Notes: a model not told the origin generated them from the sequence alone. Shown: positions 8,931 through 18,509, counted from the stretch's first letter. The stretch is 64,000 nucleotides of DNA from Candidatus Adlerbacteria bacterium (GCA_963749085.1 CAVVLG010000002.1:229033-293032); one strand, 5' to 3'. A program made the numbers and translations.

Positions 8931-10755
8931 GCATAAAAATCTCGTGGTGTTTCGCCGCTAACGTATGCCAGTTGTACTTAGCTTTGACTTCTTGTAGTCC
9001 GGCCTCAACCAATTTCTCAACGAGGGGCGGATCGCTCAACAAGCGGGTGATTGCCGACGCAAGCGCCGGAGCATCGTTTGATGGTACCAAGAGACCGGTT
9101 TTCTCATGCTCAATGACCCACGGGATGCCTCCGGATATCGAACCGATGACCGGTTTGCCCGACGCCATCGCCTCAATAAGCACCATCCCAAAACTTTCTG
9201 CAGGTGAGAGCGACGGCAACACGAACATCGTGCACTGCTGATATACGGTCGTGAGTTCTGGTGCAGTCACTCTGCCTTTAAAAATCACTTTATCCTGCAA
9301 CCCACGTGCTGCGACAGACGCTTCGTAGGCAGGTCGCATATTGCCGTCACCCCCTATCACGAGCCGGAGATTGGGAAACCGCTCGTGCACCCTATGGAAT
9401 GCCTCTATCAATACGGGCAATCCTTTGTGTTGTTCAGCGCGCGTCAATCCGGCTATAAAGAGAATCGTTTGATGCGGAAGGTCCCAGTAGCCCGGCATAA
9501 AAAGATCAGTATCAACCCCCGGCGTAATGGTGGTACTCTTGTGGACATAGGAGCGTAAAAAACCGAGCCGTACGAAATCAGACGGGCACACGATCGCGGC
9601 GGCCCGTCTCAACTGCCAGTGCATGGGGCCATGTTCATAGAGCCAGATCACTAGGTTGGACAGGACCCCGTGCATCTTTTGCATACTGCCCGTGTGATAG
9701 GTAAGCACCAGGGGGCGCCTCCCCTTGACCACAGCGATGACGTCGCTCATGAACGGCACGGGCGTGTGAGCATTAATAACAGAGATGCGCTCGTTGCGTA
9801 TAATGCGCCGCAGCAACCACGGCCACAAAAAATTGACGGGGGTGTTGGATAGCTTAAACCAATAGGGCACGCGATATACTTTGAGCCCCTTATACTCCTC
9901 CTCCCGCACGCGAAAACCGCGACCACCCGAGGTGGCAATGCACAGCTCCCAGCCGAACTCCTGTTGCAGTCGTGTGGCGATGTTGTAGGCGTACATTTGG
10001 GTCCCGCCGTGATAGGGAGGAAAGTATGGAATGGCAATAAGCAACTTTTGCGCGTGCGGGGCGAGCTCGCCATTATGTACATAGGTAACCTGCGTTCTCC
10101 CTGCAATATACTGCAATACGCGTTCAAGTTTTTCCCAATCATGGTGTACATCGATCTCCCAGGAATGACCCCACAAGTGAAAGATTCCGCCACGCTCAAG
10201 CACCCGGTCAAACATCGCTATGGCGAGATTGTCCCACTGAAAATAGGCAATGGTCTTGGCCGGGTTAAAGTGCGCAAAACGGGCTATCTTCCACAGATCG
10301 GAGAAATGGTTGTACGTATGAATGCTCGTTTGTGCCTCAAGAGAGCGATCCGCCGAAAAGGAATGCCTGTGCACCGTGCGCGCATAGGTGAAGCCGGCCT
10401 CGCGGACCATAGCGACGTGCTTTTGGGTATAGTCCCCGTGGGGATAGCAAAAGGATTTCAGTTGCCTGCGAGTAAGGTTCTCGAGGTATGCCTTTGAGCG
10501 CGTGATCTCCCTGCGTGCCTCGATGTCTGAGAGTTCGGGCAGCGGGTGATGGATCATCGTGTGTGCGCCTATCTCAAACGTCTCGCTTATGTGTTGAATT
10601 TGTGCGGGATCAAGAAGATCGCGTGGAGAAAATTCTACATTATCCGGAGCGATATAAAACGTTCCCTTGATGCCGTATTTCGTAAGTAATGCGGCCACGC
10701 GCAGGTCGAGCACGTGGCCATCATCCCAGCTTGTGGTCACAATCACTTTTTTCAT
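8899..10755 (-). CDS. fusion protein: polysaccharide deacetylase (CE4/NodB-like) N-terminal domain with a GT4 glycosyltransferase C-terminal domain
   Basis: N-terminus VIVTTSWDDGHVLDLRVAALLTKYGIKGTFYI (NodB homology motif 1, DD-H). C-terminus ESFGMVLIEAMASGKPVIGSISGGIPWVIEHEKTGLLV (GT4 E-x7-E). 618 aa. Confidence 0.7.
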   Translation of the reverse strand: MKKVIVTTSWDDGHVLDLRVAALLTKYGIKGTFYIAPDNVEFSPRDLLDPAQIQHISETFEIGAHTMIHHPLPELSDIEARREITRSKAYLENLTRRQLKSFCYPHGDYTQKHVAMVREAGFTYARTVHRHSFSADRSLEAQTSIHTYNHFSDLWKIARFAHFNPAKTIAYFQWDNLAIAMFDRVLERGGIFHLWGHSWEIDVHHDWEKLERVLQYIAGRTQVTYVHNGELAPHAQKLLIAIPYFPPYHGGTQMYAYNIATRLQQEFGWELCIATSGGRGFRVREEEYKGLKVYRVPYWFKLSNTPVNFLWPWLLRRIIRNERISVINAHTPVPFMSDVIAVVKGRRPLVLTYHTGSMQKMHGVLSNLVIWLYEHGPMHWQLRRAAAIVCPSDFVRLGFLRSYVHKSTTITPGVDTDLFMPGYWDLPHQTILFIAGLTRAEQHKGLPVLIEAFHRVHERFPNLRLVIGGDGNMRPAYEASVAARGLQDKVIFKGRVTAPELTTVYQQCTMFVLPSLSPAESFGMVLIEAMASGKPVIGSISGGIPWVIEHEKTGLLVPSNDAPALASAITRLLSDPPLVEKLVEAGLQEVKAKYNWHTLAAKHHEIFMHVLRDSAYEQ

Positions 10756-12620
10756 GTCAGTAAGGCGTCATAGATGGCGAGCAACTTCGGAAGAATCTCA
10801 GGCCATCCAAAATAGGATCGCGCGTAGTGCGTGGAATACGAGCTCATCTTCTCTAAGTGGACATCGTCGTTAACGATCGTCGTGATGGCCCGTCGTACGC
10901 TTGATTCGGAGGGCTGATCGAGAAAATAGATGAGCTTCTCATCCAAGTGATAGCGCCGGTAGCCTGCATCATAGGTCGTGATAATGGGGAGTCCGGTTGC
11001 CATCGCTTCCTGTACGGACAGCGGAAACCCCTCCCCTTCGGAGGGCAGCACAAAAATATCTGCCGCCTGATAAATCTCGGCGACCACGGATTGCGGAAAC
11101 GGCCCAAGAAAAACGACGTTTTCACTACTTTGCCGTGGAGTTTCGTTTCCGACCAGTACAATCTGGTAATATTCGCTCTGCGCGGCGAGCAGTTTATCAA
11201 CTCCCTTTTTGGGCACAAATCGTCCCACAAAGAGAATGATCTTTTTGTGCGGGCTCAAATGATATTTCCTTCTCAGCGCTTGTTTGTGCTCTAGAGTGAC
11301 CGGATGAAACAAGGAGAGGTCTACGCCGTTTGAGAGCGCCTGCAGTTTACTGCGATGTATACCCCCGTTGAGTAAAAACAGCTCCACCCGGTCGTTGAGG
11401 GTGATAATGCGTGCGCTTAAACGGAAAATGATGGCGCCGGTCGTGGCATAGACGAGGCGCTGCATGGTCTTCACCAAGAGATTGGGATGCATGATCATTT
11501 CGACGTGCTGGGTTAAGACGATGGGTTTTTCACATACCCGTGCGCACAGTGCGGCAAGAAACGAGCTCATATAGAAGGCGTCGTGAATGTGTACAATATC
11601 GGCAGTCCTCGTCTGCCTGAAGAGTACGAGGAGAAACTGCGGCGAAAAGATCGGGAATGGTACGCCCCAGCGTTCAAAAATATTCCACGCGCCTACGCGT
11701 ATAATCGTCAAATTCTTTTGAAGACAATCCGGCCCCTCAGCGGCGATGCCGCTCGTCACGACGGTCACGCGGTGTCCGGCGGCGGAGAGCAACTCCGCCT
11801 GACTCTTGACGACAATTTCGAGCCCACCGACATGCGGCGGATAATAGCTCGAGACAATGAGAATGTTTTTAGTGCAGGAAGGAAGTCTGGGGGCTTCGGC
11901 ACGCTCTGGCCGCCAGAAGGTATTGCGCATGAGCATGAGCAGGATGCGGCTCCCGTCCTTCAGCGGATGCAAGTTCGATACGCTGCCGACCCGAGGATGA
12001 TAGCTGATGGGCACGCAATAAATCTCCTGCCCCAAACGCGCCATTTTGGTTATCATCTCCATCTCGATGGCAAAGCCGTCTGAGCGCAAGTGCGGGCGCA
12101 ACTCAGTCAGAGCTTCCCTTCTCCACGCGAAGTAGCCCGTGAGCACGTCGGTGACGTTCACACGATACAGCGAGCGCACCAGGTGTGAGAAAATCCAATT
12201 GCCTGCGCGGTTACACAACGTCATCGAGCCGTCATGAATGCGGCCGCCCAGCCGCGAGCCGAGCGCCACATCGCAAAAGCCCGAGTCCAGGAGCTCCAGC
12301 AAGCGCAAAATCTCCTCCGGCCGGTAGGTGTTGTCGCCGTCGAGCATCACGACGTAGTCGGTATCCTCCGTCACTGCCGCAAATCCGCGGCGCATCGCGT
12401 TGCCTTTGCCGCGGCGAGGTTCATCAATGACCCTCACCCCGTGTTGGCGTGCGATTCTCGCCGAGTCATCGGTTGAATTATTGTTGATGACGATGATGGT
12501 GAGGTCGTAGCCGTAGGTGCGCAACTTCTCTGTCGGGAAACTCCTGAGCACGGCCTCAAGGCTCTCCGCTTCGTTGAAGCAGGGGATAAGCGCGGTGACT
12601 TTTTTATTCGTGCGTTTCAT
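10752..12620 (-). CDS. fusion protein: GT2 (Dpm1/GtrB-like) N-terminal domain with a GT4 C-terminal domain
   Basis: N-terminus ALIPCFNEAESLEAV ... IIVINNNSTDDSARIA ... VMLDGDNTY (GT-A fold, DxD). C-terminus EGFPLSVQEAMATGLPIITT (GT4). Start at MKRTNKK (12620), which overlaps the upstream stop as ATGA. The stop overlaps the next start as ATGA. Confidence 0.7.
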   Translation of the reverse strand: MKRTNKKVTALIPCFNEAESLEAVLRSFPTEKLRTYGYDLTIIVINNNSTDDSARIARQHGVRVIDEPRRGKGNAMRRGFAAVTEDTDYVVMLDGDNTYRPEEILRLLELLDSGFCDVALGSRLGGRIHDGSMTLCNRAGNWIFSHLVRSLYRVNVTDVLTGYFAWRREALTELRPHLRSDGFAIEMEMITKMARLGQEIYCVPISYHPRVGSVSNLHPLKDGSRILLMLMRNTFWRPERAEAPRLPSCTKNILIVSSYYPPHVGGLEIVVKSQAELLSAAGHRVTVVTSGIAAEGPDCLQKNLTIIRVGAWNIFERWGVPFPIFSPQFLLVLFRQTRTADIVHIHDAFYMSSFLAALCARVCEKPIVLTQHVEMIMHPNLLVKTMQRLVYATTGAIIFRLSARIITLNDRVELFLLNGGIHRSKLQALSNGVDLSLFHPVTLEHKQALRRKYHLSPHKKIILFVGRFVPKKGVDKLLAAQSEYYQIVLVGNETPRQSSENVVFLGPFPQSVVAEIYQAADIFVLPSEGEGFPLSVQEAMATGLPIITTYDAGYRRYHLDEKLIYFLDQPSESSVRRAITTIVNDDVHLEKMSSYSTHYARSYFGWPEILPKLLAIYDALLT

Positions 12621-13075
12621 GGTTGTGTCGTCGTCGGCACATAAAAGTCGATGTGTTGCTGAAGCGTCGGCAAAAGAACGATAAACTCGCCTGGCTCCCA
12701 CGCGTAGCTCAGCACCGCTGCTTCACTGATGGTGCTCGAGGCATTGTCTGCAAGCGTGATGACTCCCTCATCGATGGTCGTGGTGCCAAGCGATCTCATG
12801 ACATAGACCAGGTAGGGGTAGGTCGTGGTCGTACCCTCAACGTTGTGGATGGTGAAGGAGAATGAAATAGTTGTGCCGTTGGTGACTTGCGAAGGATCTT
12901 GTGGATAGGTGTCGAAATATAACTCGGTGAAGGGCTCAGGCTCGGGAATAAGTTTAAGCGCATTGAGTTCGTTGTAGAGGGGCACGCGCGCAAGATACAG
13001 CAGCACGCACAATGCTATGCCACCGCCCAAAAGAAGAAGGATCGTCTTTGTCTTTTGCGTTGGGGAATCTGACAT
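12617..13075 (-). CDS. membrane-anchored hypothetical protein; first gene of the glycan operon
   Basis: Single N-terminal TM (ILLLLGGGIALCVLLYLA), then a Thr-rich extracytoplasmic region. Translationally coupled (ATGA) to the GT2::GT4 gene. Confidence 0.4.
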   Translation of the reverse strand: MSDSPTQKTKTILLLLGGGIALCVLLYLARVPLYNELNALKLIPEPEPFTELYFDTYPQDPSQVTNGTTISFSFTIHNVEGTTTTYPYLVYVMRSLGTTTIDEGVITLADNASSTISEAAVLSYAWEPGEFIVLLPTLQQHIDFYVPTTTQP

Positions 13076-13760
13076 CGGGATACTGATGAGAGCTATGGTT
13101 GGTGACCTCCGACGCTTACCAGATGCTGCGATAAGAGGAGGGCCGATTGGCTCCCTCGCGTGTATAGAGTGGGTGAGAACGTGTCGGCCTTAGAGTGACT
13201 AGCCGAAACGGAAGTGCTCTTATTTTTTTTGCGCAGTCGCCGCCCATACGTAGTGCATAGCGGAAGCGTTCATCCCTGATGGAAGTTCCAAGAATGAAGC
13301 ACAGCAGAAAGAGAGAGGACACACCAAAGGTGAAGTCCAACGTACTTTTAGTGGTATCAGTAGGCGGCCTCTCTGGTCAACAAGAGAAAGGTATATAACT
13401 GTGTGGACAAGCTGTGGAAAAGCTGTGACGAAGTCTGGGTAACATTCCCTGCTACCCGTTTGGTCCATAGGCGAGAGCGTTTTTGTATGAGCGCTCTTTA
13501 CATCGCCAATCTTTAGTTCTAGAAACTAACTTCGCGCAAGGTCTCAGGCGTACGCGTTTATTACAAGCACCACGATGTGGTAGTTCATGAAAAATGACCC
13601 GCGGGGAGTTTACGCCCGGGGTTCCTTTCGCAGGGTAATACGGAGCAGCGACATCGAGGACGATGTCGCCAGGATTCCATTCATCCCTATCGTTAGTGCA
13701 GACCTCGATATTATTTTCCACTTAGATAGAGTCATAAACTTGTCATCCCGACTGCGACGT

Positions 13761-14006
13761 TCATATATCCCGGTAGGTCCCTTCATTTCGGAGGCGTATA
13801 TCTACAAGTTTGATAGAAGTATCTTGGATCGAAAAAATAATCCGATACTTCCCTACCCGAATCCGAAATAGAGCATGAGTACCTGAAAGCTTTTCTATGC
13901 GAAGCTGCACGCGACAGGACTCGTCATTCAAGCACTTAAGCGCCTCGAGCACTTGGGCGCGATGTTTGGGAGGCATCCGCCGAAGCAGCTTCTCGAGGTG
14001 CTTCAT
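13761..14006 (-). CDS. type II toxin, RelE/ParE superfamily
   Basis: 81 aa. C-terminal pattern LSGTHALFRIRVGKYRIIFSIQDTSIKLVDIRLRNEGTY matches the RelE/ParE core (…R.G.YR.I…V..I.HR…Y). Confidence 0.55.
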   Translation of the reverse strand: MKHLEKLLRRMPPKHRAQVLEALKCLNDESCRVQLRIEKLSGTHALFRIRVGKYRIIFSIQDTSIKLVDIRLRNEGTYRDI

Positions 14007-14016
14007 ACCACTGGGT

Positions 14017-14214
14017 TTAAGTTTCTTCTTCCTCGAGCTTGTGCAAGACGCGGATGAATTCTTCTACTGGGACACCTTTACCATTGTTATCACGGGCAGC
14101 ATTGAATATCACGGCATCATCCGCTTCGCCAATCGCATGCCTCCACGCCGCTGCTTCGCGCTTTAAAGTTTCGTACTCCCCTTTGTCGATGGTTACCTTA
14201 GTGTCCATGCTCAC
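14017..14214 (-). CDS. putative antitoxin partner of the RelE/ParE toxin
   Basis: 65-aa acidic ORF immediately upstream of the toxin, same strand, 10-bp gap. This is typical antitoxin-toxin order. Confidence 0.4.
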   Translation of the reverse strand: MSMDTKVTIDKGEYETLKREAAAWRHAIGEADDAVIFNAARDNNGKGVPVEEFIRVLHKLEEEET

Positions 14215-14239
14215 AGTATAGCATGGTCCTTACGTTGGT

Positions 14240-14605
14240 CTAACCAGGAAACGCTTCGAGTGGCCAGCTCATATACGCAAGTGCGAGCGCTGCGGCAGCA
14301 ATGGACAGATCTCGGAAGAGAAGTTGAAACTCAGGGAGATTAAAGAGGACTATCGCAATTAAGAGTAGGGCCGCGAGGGTGGAAGGAATATACACCTTTT
14401 TCCCCGAGAGTATCCAGAGCGCGATGACTATCTCAAGAAGTCCGAAGCCATTGAGCAAGACCAGGTCGGGCACGATACCGCGCATAAACTGCGGGAAGAA
14501 ATCAATCCAGGAGTACGGGTCGAAAAAAGCATTGATAGGCGCGTACAGGAAGGGAAACGCGACCCCGACGCGCAGGACGACAGTTACTATCTTGCTTTTG
14601 TCCAT
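14240..14605 (-). CDS. DoxX-family membrane protein
   Basis: 121 aa with 4 TM helices. RVGVAFPFLYAPINAFFDP ... LLEIVIALWILSGK resembles the DoxX fold. Confidence 0.5.
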   Translation of the reverse strand: MDKSKIVTVVLRVGVAFPFLYAPINAFFDPYSWIDFFPQFMRGIVPDLVLLNGFGLLEIVIALWILSGKKVYIPSTLAALLLIAIVLFNLPEFQLLFRDLSIAAAALALAYMSWPLEAFPG

Positions 14606-15000
14606 AGGGGCTTATCTTACGCCAATAAATCGATTCGAACATCGTCCAGCAGGCAATAATAAGTGCCAGTAATGGTAGCGACAAGAGACTCAACCTTGTG
14701 TTGAGCCTCTTCAGTAAGCGGAAAAGAGATGAGCCTCTCCTTATGGAGTAACTCGTATGCTTGGCAGACGTCGTTCGACGTCACGGGTTGAAATATCCTT
14801 CTTTCCAGTGTCATAGTCGCGCAATGACTCTATGATAGCGCGGTTCTCCTTCAGTTGTTGTTTGGCAACCTTTACCACATCGTCCTTTTTAGCTTTAGCC
14901 TTTTGGTGTAGGAAACTAAACATGGGCCCAGTATATCATAGCAAACAAGATGGCCTCGGGGTCTGCCCGATACTAACGTCTTCGGGCGGACTTTCTTCGG

Positions 15001-15516
15001 TTAGGGAGTTACCACGAACCACACGCCACCCACACCTTGTCCCGTCGTGTCGCCAGGCTTTGCATCTTTAACGTAGAAGTACAGCGGCATCCCGTTGTAG
15101 GTAAGCTGCGTGGTGCCGTCAGCGCGGGTGATGGTTGCAAGCGTGCCGTTTATGCCGCTCATTGCAGCAAGAGAAGCACCGGGGGAAATAGTATAGGGCG
15201 GCCACAACACGGCGCATTGACCGGTGCAATTGGAGACGCCCGGCTTGTCAGGCGTATATTTATACAGCGTCATGCCGTTCTGAGCGACGAGGTAGGAACC
15301 GAGCGCGGCGCTCGAGCCAAGCGAGAGCACCGGCGCTACGGTAGTGTTCGTGGTCGCAACGGAGGTGGTAGTAGTGGCGGGATTTTGGGTCGTTGTTTGC
15401 GTACTCTGAGTGGGGATTGGGGTAGTGGTGGCTGAACCTTGGGAATAGAAATACCAGCCGCCAACTAAGAGGACTAAGACAATAACAACTATCCACACCA
15501 TCGTTGAAGTTTTCAT
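15001..15516 (-). CDS. secreted/anchored protein with a C-terminal 'Lipoprotein_15 / secreted repeat' domain (COG4315-like)
   Basis: N-terminal TM (MVWIVVIVLVLLVGGWYFY), then a Thr-rich linker, then a domain with TLYKYTPDKPGVSNCTGQCAVLWPPY ... GMPLYFYVKDAKPGDTTGQGVGGVWFVV, the hallmark Y-x-F-x-x-D-x-x-PG-x-x-x-GQG-x-x-G-x-W motif. Confidence 0.6.
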   Translation of the reverse strand: MKTSTMVWIVVIVLVLLVGGWYFYSQGSATTTPIPTQSTQTTTQNPATTTTSVATTNTTVAPVLSLGSSAALGSYLVAQNGMTLYKYTPDKPGVSNCTGQCAVLWPPYTISPGASLAAMSGINGTLATITRADGTTQLTYNGMPLYFYVKDAKPGDTTGQGVGGVWFVVTP

Positions 15517-15640
15517 AGGGAGTACGTTACTTGGTAAGGGAGAACGGAAGACACTATAGCACTCTCAGTGCAAAATACCATTGCGACGTAAACTGTGAGG
15601 ACAGTACTACCTGTGCCTACCATGGAGCGGTGATCCTTCA

Positions 15641-16027
15641 CTAACGGGCTCGCTCAAGACGAGCGATCCGACGACCATATGCAAGGATGGTCACAGCGTC
15701 TTTATCAACCGCTCGGGATACTGCACCCAATACCTCGTCAATCTCATCGAAACGACCTGAGTGTTCTCTTTGGATCTTTTGTAACTGTCTACTATCAGTT
15801 TGAATATTTTGTAAGTGTGCAAAAACAATATCAAATTTTTTGTCCACTAAATCAAATTTTTTGTCCACCAAATCGTATAACTGCTTCAGGGTCGTTTCCT
15901 TTGCCATAGGTCCACAGTATAACAGAATTCTGCTTTGTAAACCAAGCAGGTCCGAGACCTTCACTCTTGGAGGTACATGAACTGTGCCTATACTCTGCAG
16001 CACCGCACGATGAAAAAAACTACCCAA
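15641..16027 (-). CDS. hypothetical protein
   Basis: 128-aa ORF downstream of the hydroxylase-like gene. It contains a KKFDLVDKKFD internal duplication. No homology recognised. Confidence 0.3.
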   Translation of the reverse strand: MGSFFHRAVLQSIGTVHVPPRVKVSDLLGLQSRILLYCGPMAKETTLKQLYDLVDKKFDLVDKKFDIVFAHLQNIQTDSRQLQKIQREHSGRFDEIDEVLGAVSRAVDKDAVTILAYGRRIARLERAR

Positions 16028-16060
16028 GACATCTTGGGTAGTAGAGGTTGTTACCGAGTC

Positions 16061-16999
16061 TCACCCGGCGATGAGCACGTCGCTGTCGCAGCGCTCTCCC
16101 GGAGCAAGGAGCGGGAGGCCGGCAATGTTCTTGTAGTACGGGCTCAGATCCGACCGCATGAGGGAGTGGAACGCCGGCCAGTTCGTATTGACGAAGTACG
16201 TCTCTTGCAGGTCGCTGAAGTGAAAGTCCGTGCGCATGATGCGCGCGACATCCTCCTCACATTCCGCGTCGAAACGCACCCGGAGTGGCTTGCCTTCAGT
16301 TGCATTGCGGAGCTCCTCCGGCGAGGACGCAAGGGCCGCGCCAAAGCCCTCGAGCTTCCCCTCCTTACGCTGGAGCCCAAACTCAATGGTGTTGAGATAG
16401 AGGCGCGAGAGCGCTTTGAAGGCCGGGGTGCCGCTCACCTTGATGCTTTGCCTCCCGAACGCCTCCATCAGCGAAGCGAGATCGGGGTCGGTCAGCATCC
16501 AGAGATGCCCGCAATAGTCGTGAAAAAGGTCCGGTGCTTTCGCCCTGTCAATCTCATCGCGACCCCGTATCTTCGCTATCGCCGGGAATCTCCGTTTCGC
16601 AAAATTCAAGAAGTCTTTTTCATTCTCTGCGTACGCTATGGTAGGGTCCAGGCTCCATCGAGTCGCCCAGTAGAGTCGGGCATTGAGCTTAGGGAGGGGA
16701 GGAATACCGCCCTCAAGCATCCCAAGCCAGATGACATTTTCTTCGAAGGTTCGACAAAATCTGCCCTTCTGGGTTTGTAGTACCCTTTTGATCAAGGTAT
16801 TCCACACCCAGTGATCCTCCTTAGTGTACGCTTCGTCAGGCCCTGTTACGTGGGCCTCTGGCCGGCGTACGGTGTCAAGCATGATAGCAACTCCTTCTGC
16901 CATGTACCGGATTGAACAATCCTGCGACACCATAGTTGATATGAGTGGGTTGTCAATTGAGTGGCGATTCACTCGGGGTGTAGCACACGGCGAAGGCAT
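16061..16999 (-). CDS. phhA: pterin-dependent aromatic amino-acid hydroxylase-like protein (phenylalanine-4-hydroxylase family)
   Basis: PDLFHDYCGHLWMLTDPDLASLMEAFG aligns to the PAH motif PDxxHELxGHVPLLxDPxFAxFxQxxG (the two iron His are 5 apart). TIEFGLQRKEGKLEGFGAALASSPEEL aligns to TVEFGLC..G..KAYGAGLLSSxGEL (iron Glu). ETYFV aligns to the C-terminal YFV. The exact start is uncertain. Confidence 0.55.
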   Translation of the reverse strand: MPSPCATPRVNRHSIDNPLISTMVSQDCSIRYMAEGVAIMLDTVRRPEAHVTGPDEAYTKEDHWVWNTLIKRVLQTQKGRFCRTFEENVIWLGMLEGGIPPLPKLNARLYWATRWSLDPTIAYAENEKDFLNFAKRRFPAIAKIRGRDEIDRAKAPDLFHDYCGHLWMLTDPDLASLMEAFGRQSIKVSGTPAFKALSRLYLNTIEFGLQRKEGKLEGFGAALASSPEELRNATEGKPLRVRFDAECEEDVARIMRTDFHFSDLQETYFVNTNWPAFHSLMRSDLSPYYKNIAGLPLLAPGERCDSDVLIAG

Positions 17000-17019
17000 C
17001 TCTTGAGGGGTAAGTTAAG

Positions 17020-17050
17020 AAAAAACGGCTCCTTACGGAGCCATTTTTTC
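17020..17050. terminator. bidirectional rho-independent terminator
   Basis: A-run, then the hairpin GGCTCC-ttac-GGAGCC, then ATTTTTT. Confidence 0.5.
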
Positions 17051-17072
17051 AATAATGCTTCTTGCCTCATCT

Positions 17073-17112
17073 GTCTATTCGATGCCAACCGTACATTTGG
17101 CATCGAATAGAC
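17073..17112. repeat. 16-bp perfect inverted repeat (stem-loop) GTCTATTCGATGCCAA / TTGGCATCGAATAGAC with a 9-nt loop
   Basis: Read directly in the sequence. It lies just downstream of the small minus-strand gene 17235..17495 and next to the terminator at 17020..17050. Confidence 0.6.
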
Positions 17113-17234
17113 TCGAGGGCTTTTTAAGCACGGCGCCATTCTAGAACAGCATCCAGATACGCGCAAGTACTTTACACCGTACGTTTTGCGTGAGTATGTT
17201 TCCTCCTTCAGGAGCACCCGCGTCGGAGGTTCCG

Positions 17235-17495
17235 TTAGTAAGCTGTTTGCGTGGTGGTCGTTGAGGTGGAGTTTATGGTGCCGGTCGGCGTGTTAGTCGT
17301 CGAAGCCGTGACGTTGGTCGTCGTGATGATGCCCGCCGGTGCATTCGTGGAACCGCTGGGGTTCGCAGTGGTCTGTGTTTGGGAGGTCGGAGCGGATGCT
17401 CCCGCGCCGCTGTAGAAATAGTAGCCCGCGCCCACGAGAACGAGGATAACAAGGACAATGACCACCACCCATGGCAATGTTGAGTTAGTATTCAT
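17235..17495 (-). CDS. small TM-anchored Thr-rich protein; truncated paralog of the N-terminal module of the 15001..15516 protein
   Basis: MNTNSTLPWVVVIVLVILVLVGAGYYFYSGAGASAPTSQTQTTANP parallels MKTSTMVWIVVIVLVLLVGGWYFYSQGSATTTPIPTQSTQTTTQNP. There is no C-terminal domain. Confidence 0.4.
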   Translation of the reverse strand: MNTNSTLPWVVVIVLVILVLVGAGYYFYSGAGASAPTSQTQTTANPSGSTNAPAGIITTTNVTASTTNTPTGTINSTSTTTTQTAY

Positions 17496-17759
17496 GCGCT
17501 ATACTCTAGCGCCACACCATGAGAAATGGATGAAGAGAAGTCCCGTGTCAAGTTTTGCCACAGCGCTCACCTCATCGGTAGCTACCAGGGGTCATTGAGC
17601 GCCTAGGGTGAAATCCCCTTTAGATATAAGGCAGATGCATAGGACGCCAGGGAGGTATCGCCCAGTCACTTCTCTTTCGCACAAATGTGACTATAATAGC
17701 GTCCCCGCTGCAATCTACTTTATTAGTGCGCGTGCAGCGTGACTAAATCCTAATCCCTT

Positions 17760-18509
17760 ATGGAATACATTGAACGAGTGTCGGTACGGAGCACTGCGGT
17801 AATTGGAATGGTAGTGCTACTCATGTGTGCGGGTCTCGTACTCTTGGAATGGAACACGGCACATGCGGCCGGTGGGTTTGGCAGCCTCACGGTCATGGAG
17901 GTGGTCTCCGGTGGTATGGCGAGCCCTTCGGACTTCACGGTTGAGATCACACAAAGTGGAACGACCAATGGTGGCGTGCTGTCGGGTTCGGGCGATGTCA
18001 TCACCTTTACCCGACTTTTGGCAGCTCCCTATATACTCACTGAATCAGGACCTCCAGGATACAGCGTTTCGTGGAGCGGAAACTGCACGGTACAGGGCGC
18101 TGTCACGATTGCAGCGAGTGAAGAGGCAGTGTGTACCGCCACGAATACCTTCACCCCCACGGGAAGCATTAAGATAGTGGACATTGTCTCTGGCGGCTCG
18201 GCCACACCGACCGATTTCACAGTGCATCTTACGAAAAGTGGCTCGGCTGATACCGGAGTCCCCTCAGGTTCGGGGAGCCCCATCCTCTTTACTCAACTCA
18301 TACCCGGCACATATACGCTCAGTGAATCAGGCGTCCCTTCCGGATACAGCACCTCCTGGAGTGGTGCCTGCGACGCACAAGGCAGCGTAGCAGTCGTGGC
18401 AAACACGACGGCGACTTGTACTCTCACGAATACCTTTAGCGCGTCGGGTGGCACAGGTACATCAAGCAGAACCAGCAGGCCGACGCCGGTGCGACAGCCC
18501 CGATCATAA
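17760..18509 (+). CDS. secreted protein with two tandem beta-sandwich repeats (prealbumin/Cna-B-like)
   Basis: Signal peptide, then two about 90-aa repeats, each TFT(R/Q)L..(P/A)..Y.L.ESG.P.GYS.SWSG.C...G.V.(I/V)A......CT.TNTF. Confidence 0.5.
   Translation: MEYIERVSVRSTAVIGMVVLLMCAGLVLLEWNTAHAAGGFGSLTVMEVVSGGMASPSDFTVEITQSGTTNGGVLSGSGDVITFTRLLAAPYILTESGPPGYSVSWSGNCTVQGAVTIAASEEAVCTATNTFTPTGSIKIVDIVSGGSATPTDFTVHLTKSGSADTGVPSGSGSPILFTQLIPGTYTLSESGVPSGYSTSWSGACDAQGSVAVVANTTATCTLTNTFSASGGTGTSSRTSRPTPVRQPRS

Noticed and set aside
14617-14923. Two overlapping small minus-strand ORFs (60 and 65 aa) that might be a second TA pair or a frameshifted gene
   Set aside because: Neither has a recognisable toxin or antitoxin motif, and they overlap in different frames by 74 bp. 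Left unannotated.
15977-16780. 267-aa plus-strand ORF antisense to the hydroxylase-like gene
   Set aside because: The minus-strand frame carries specific hydroxylase motifs. The plus frame is Arg-rich antisense noise.
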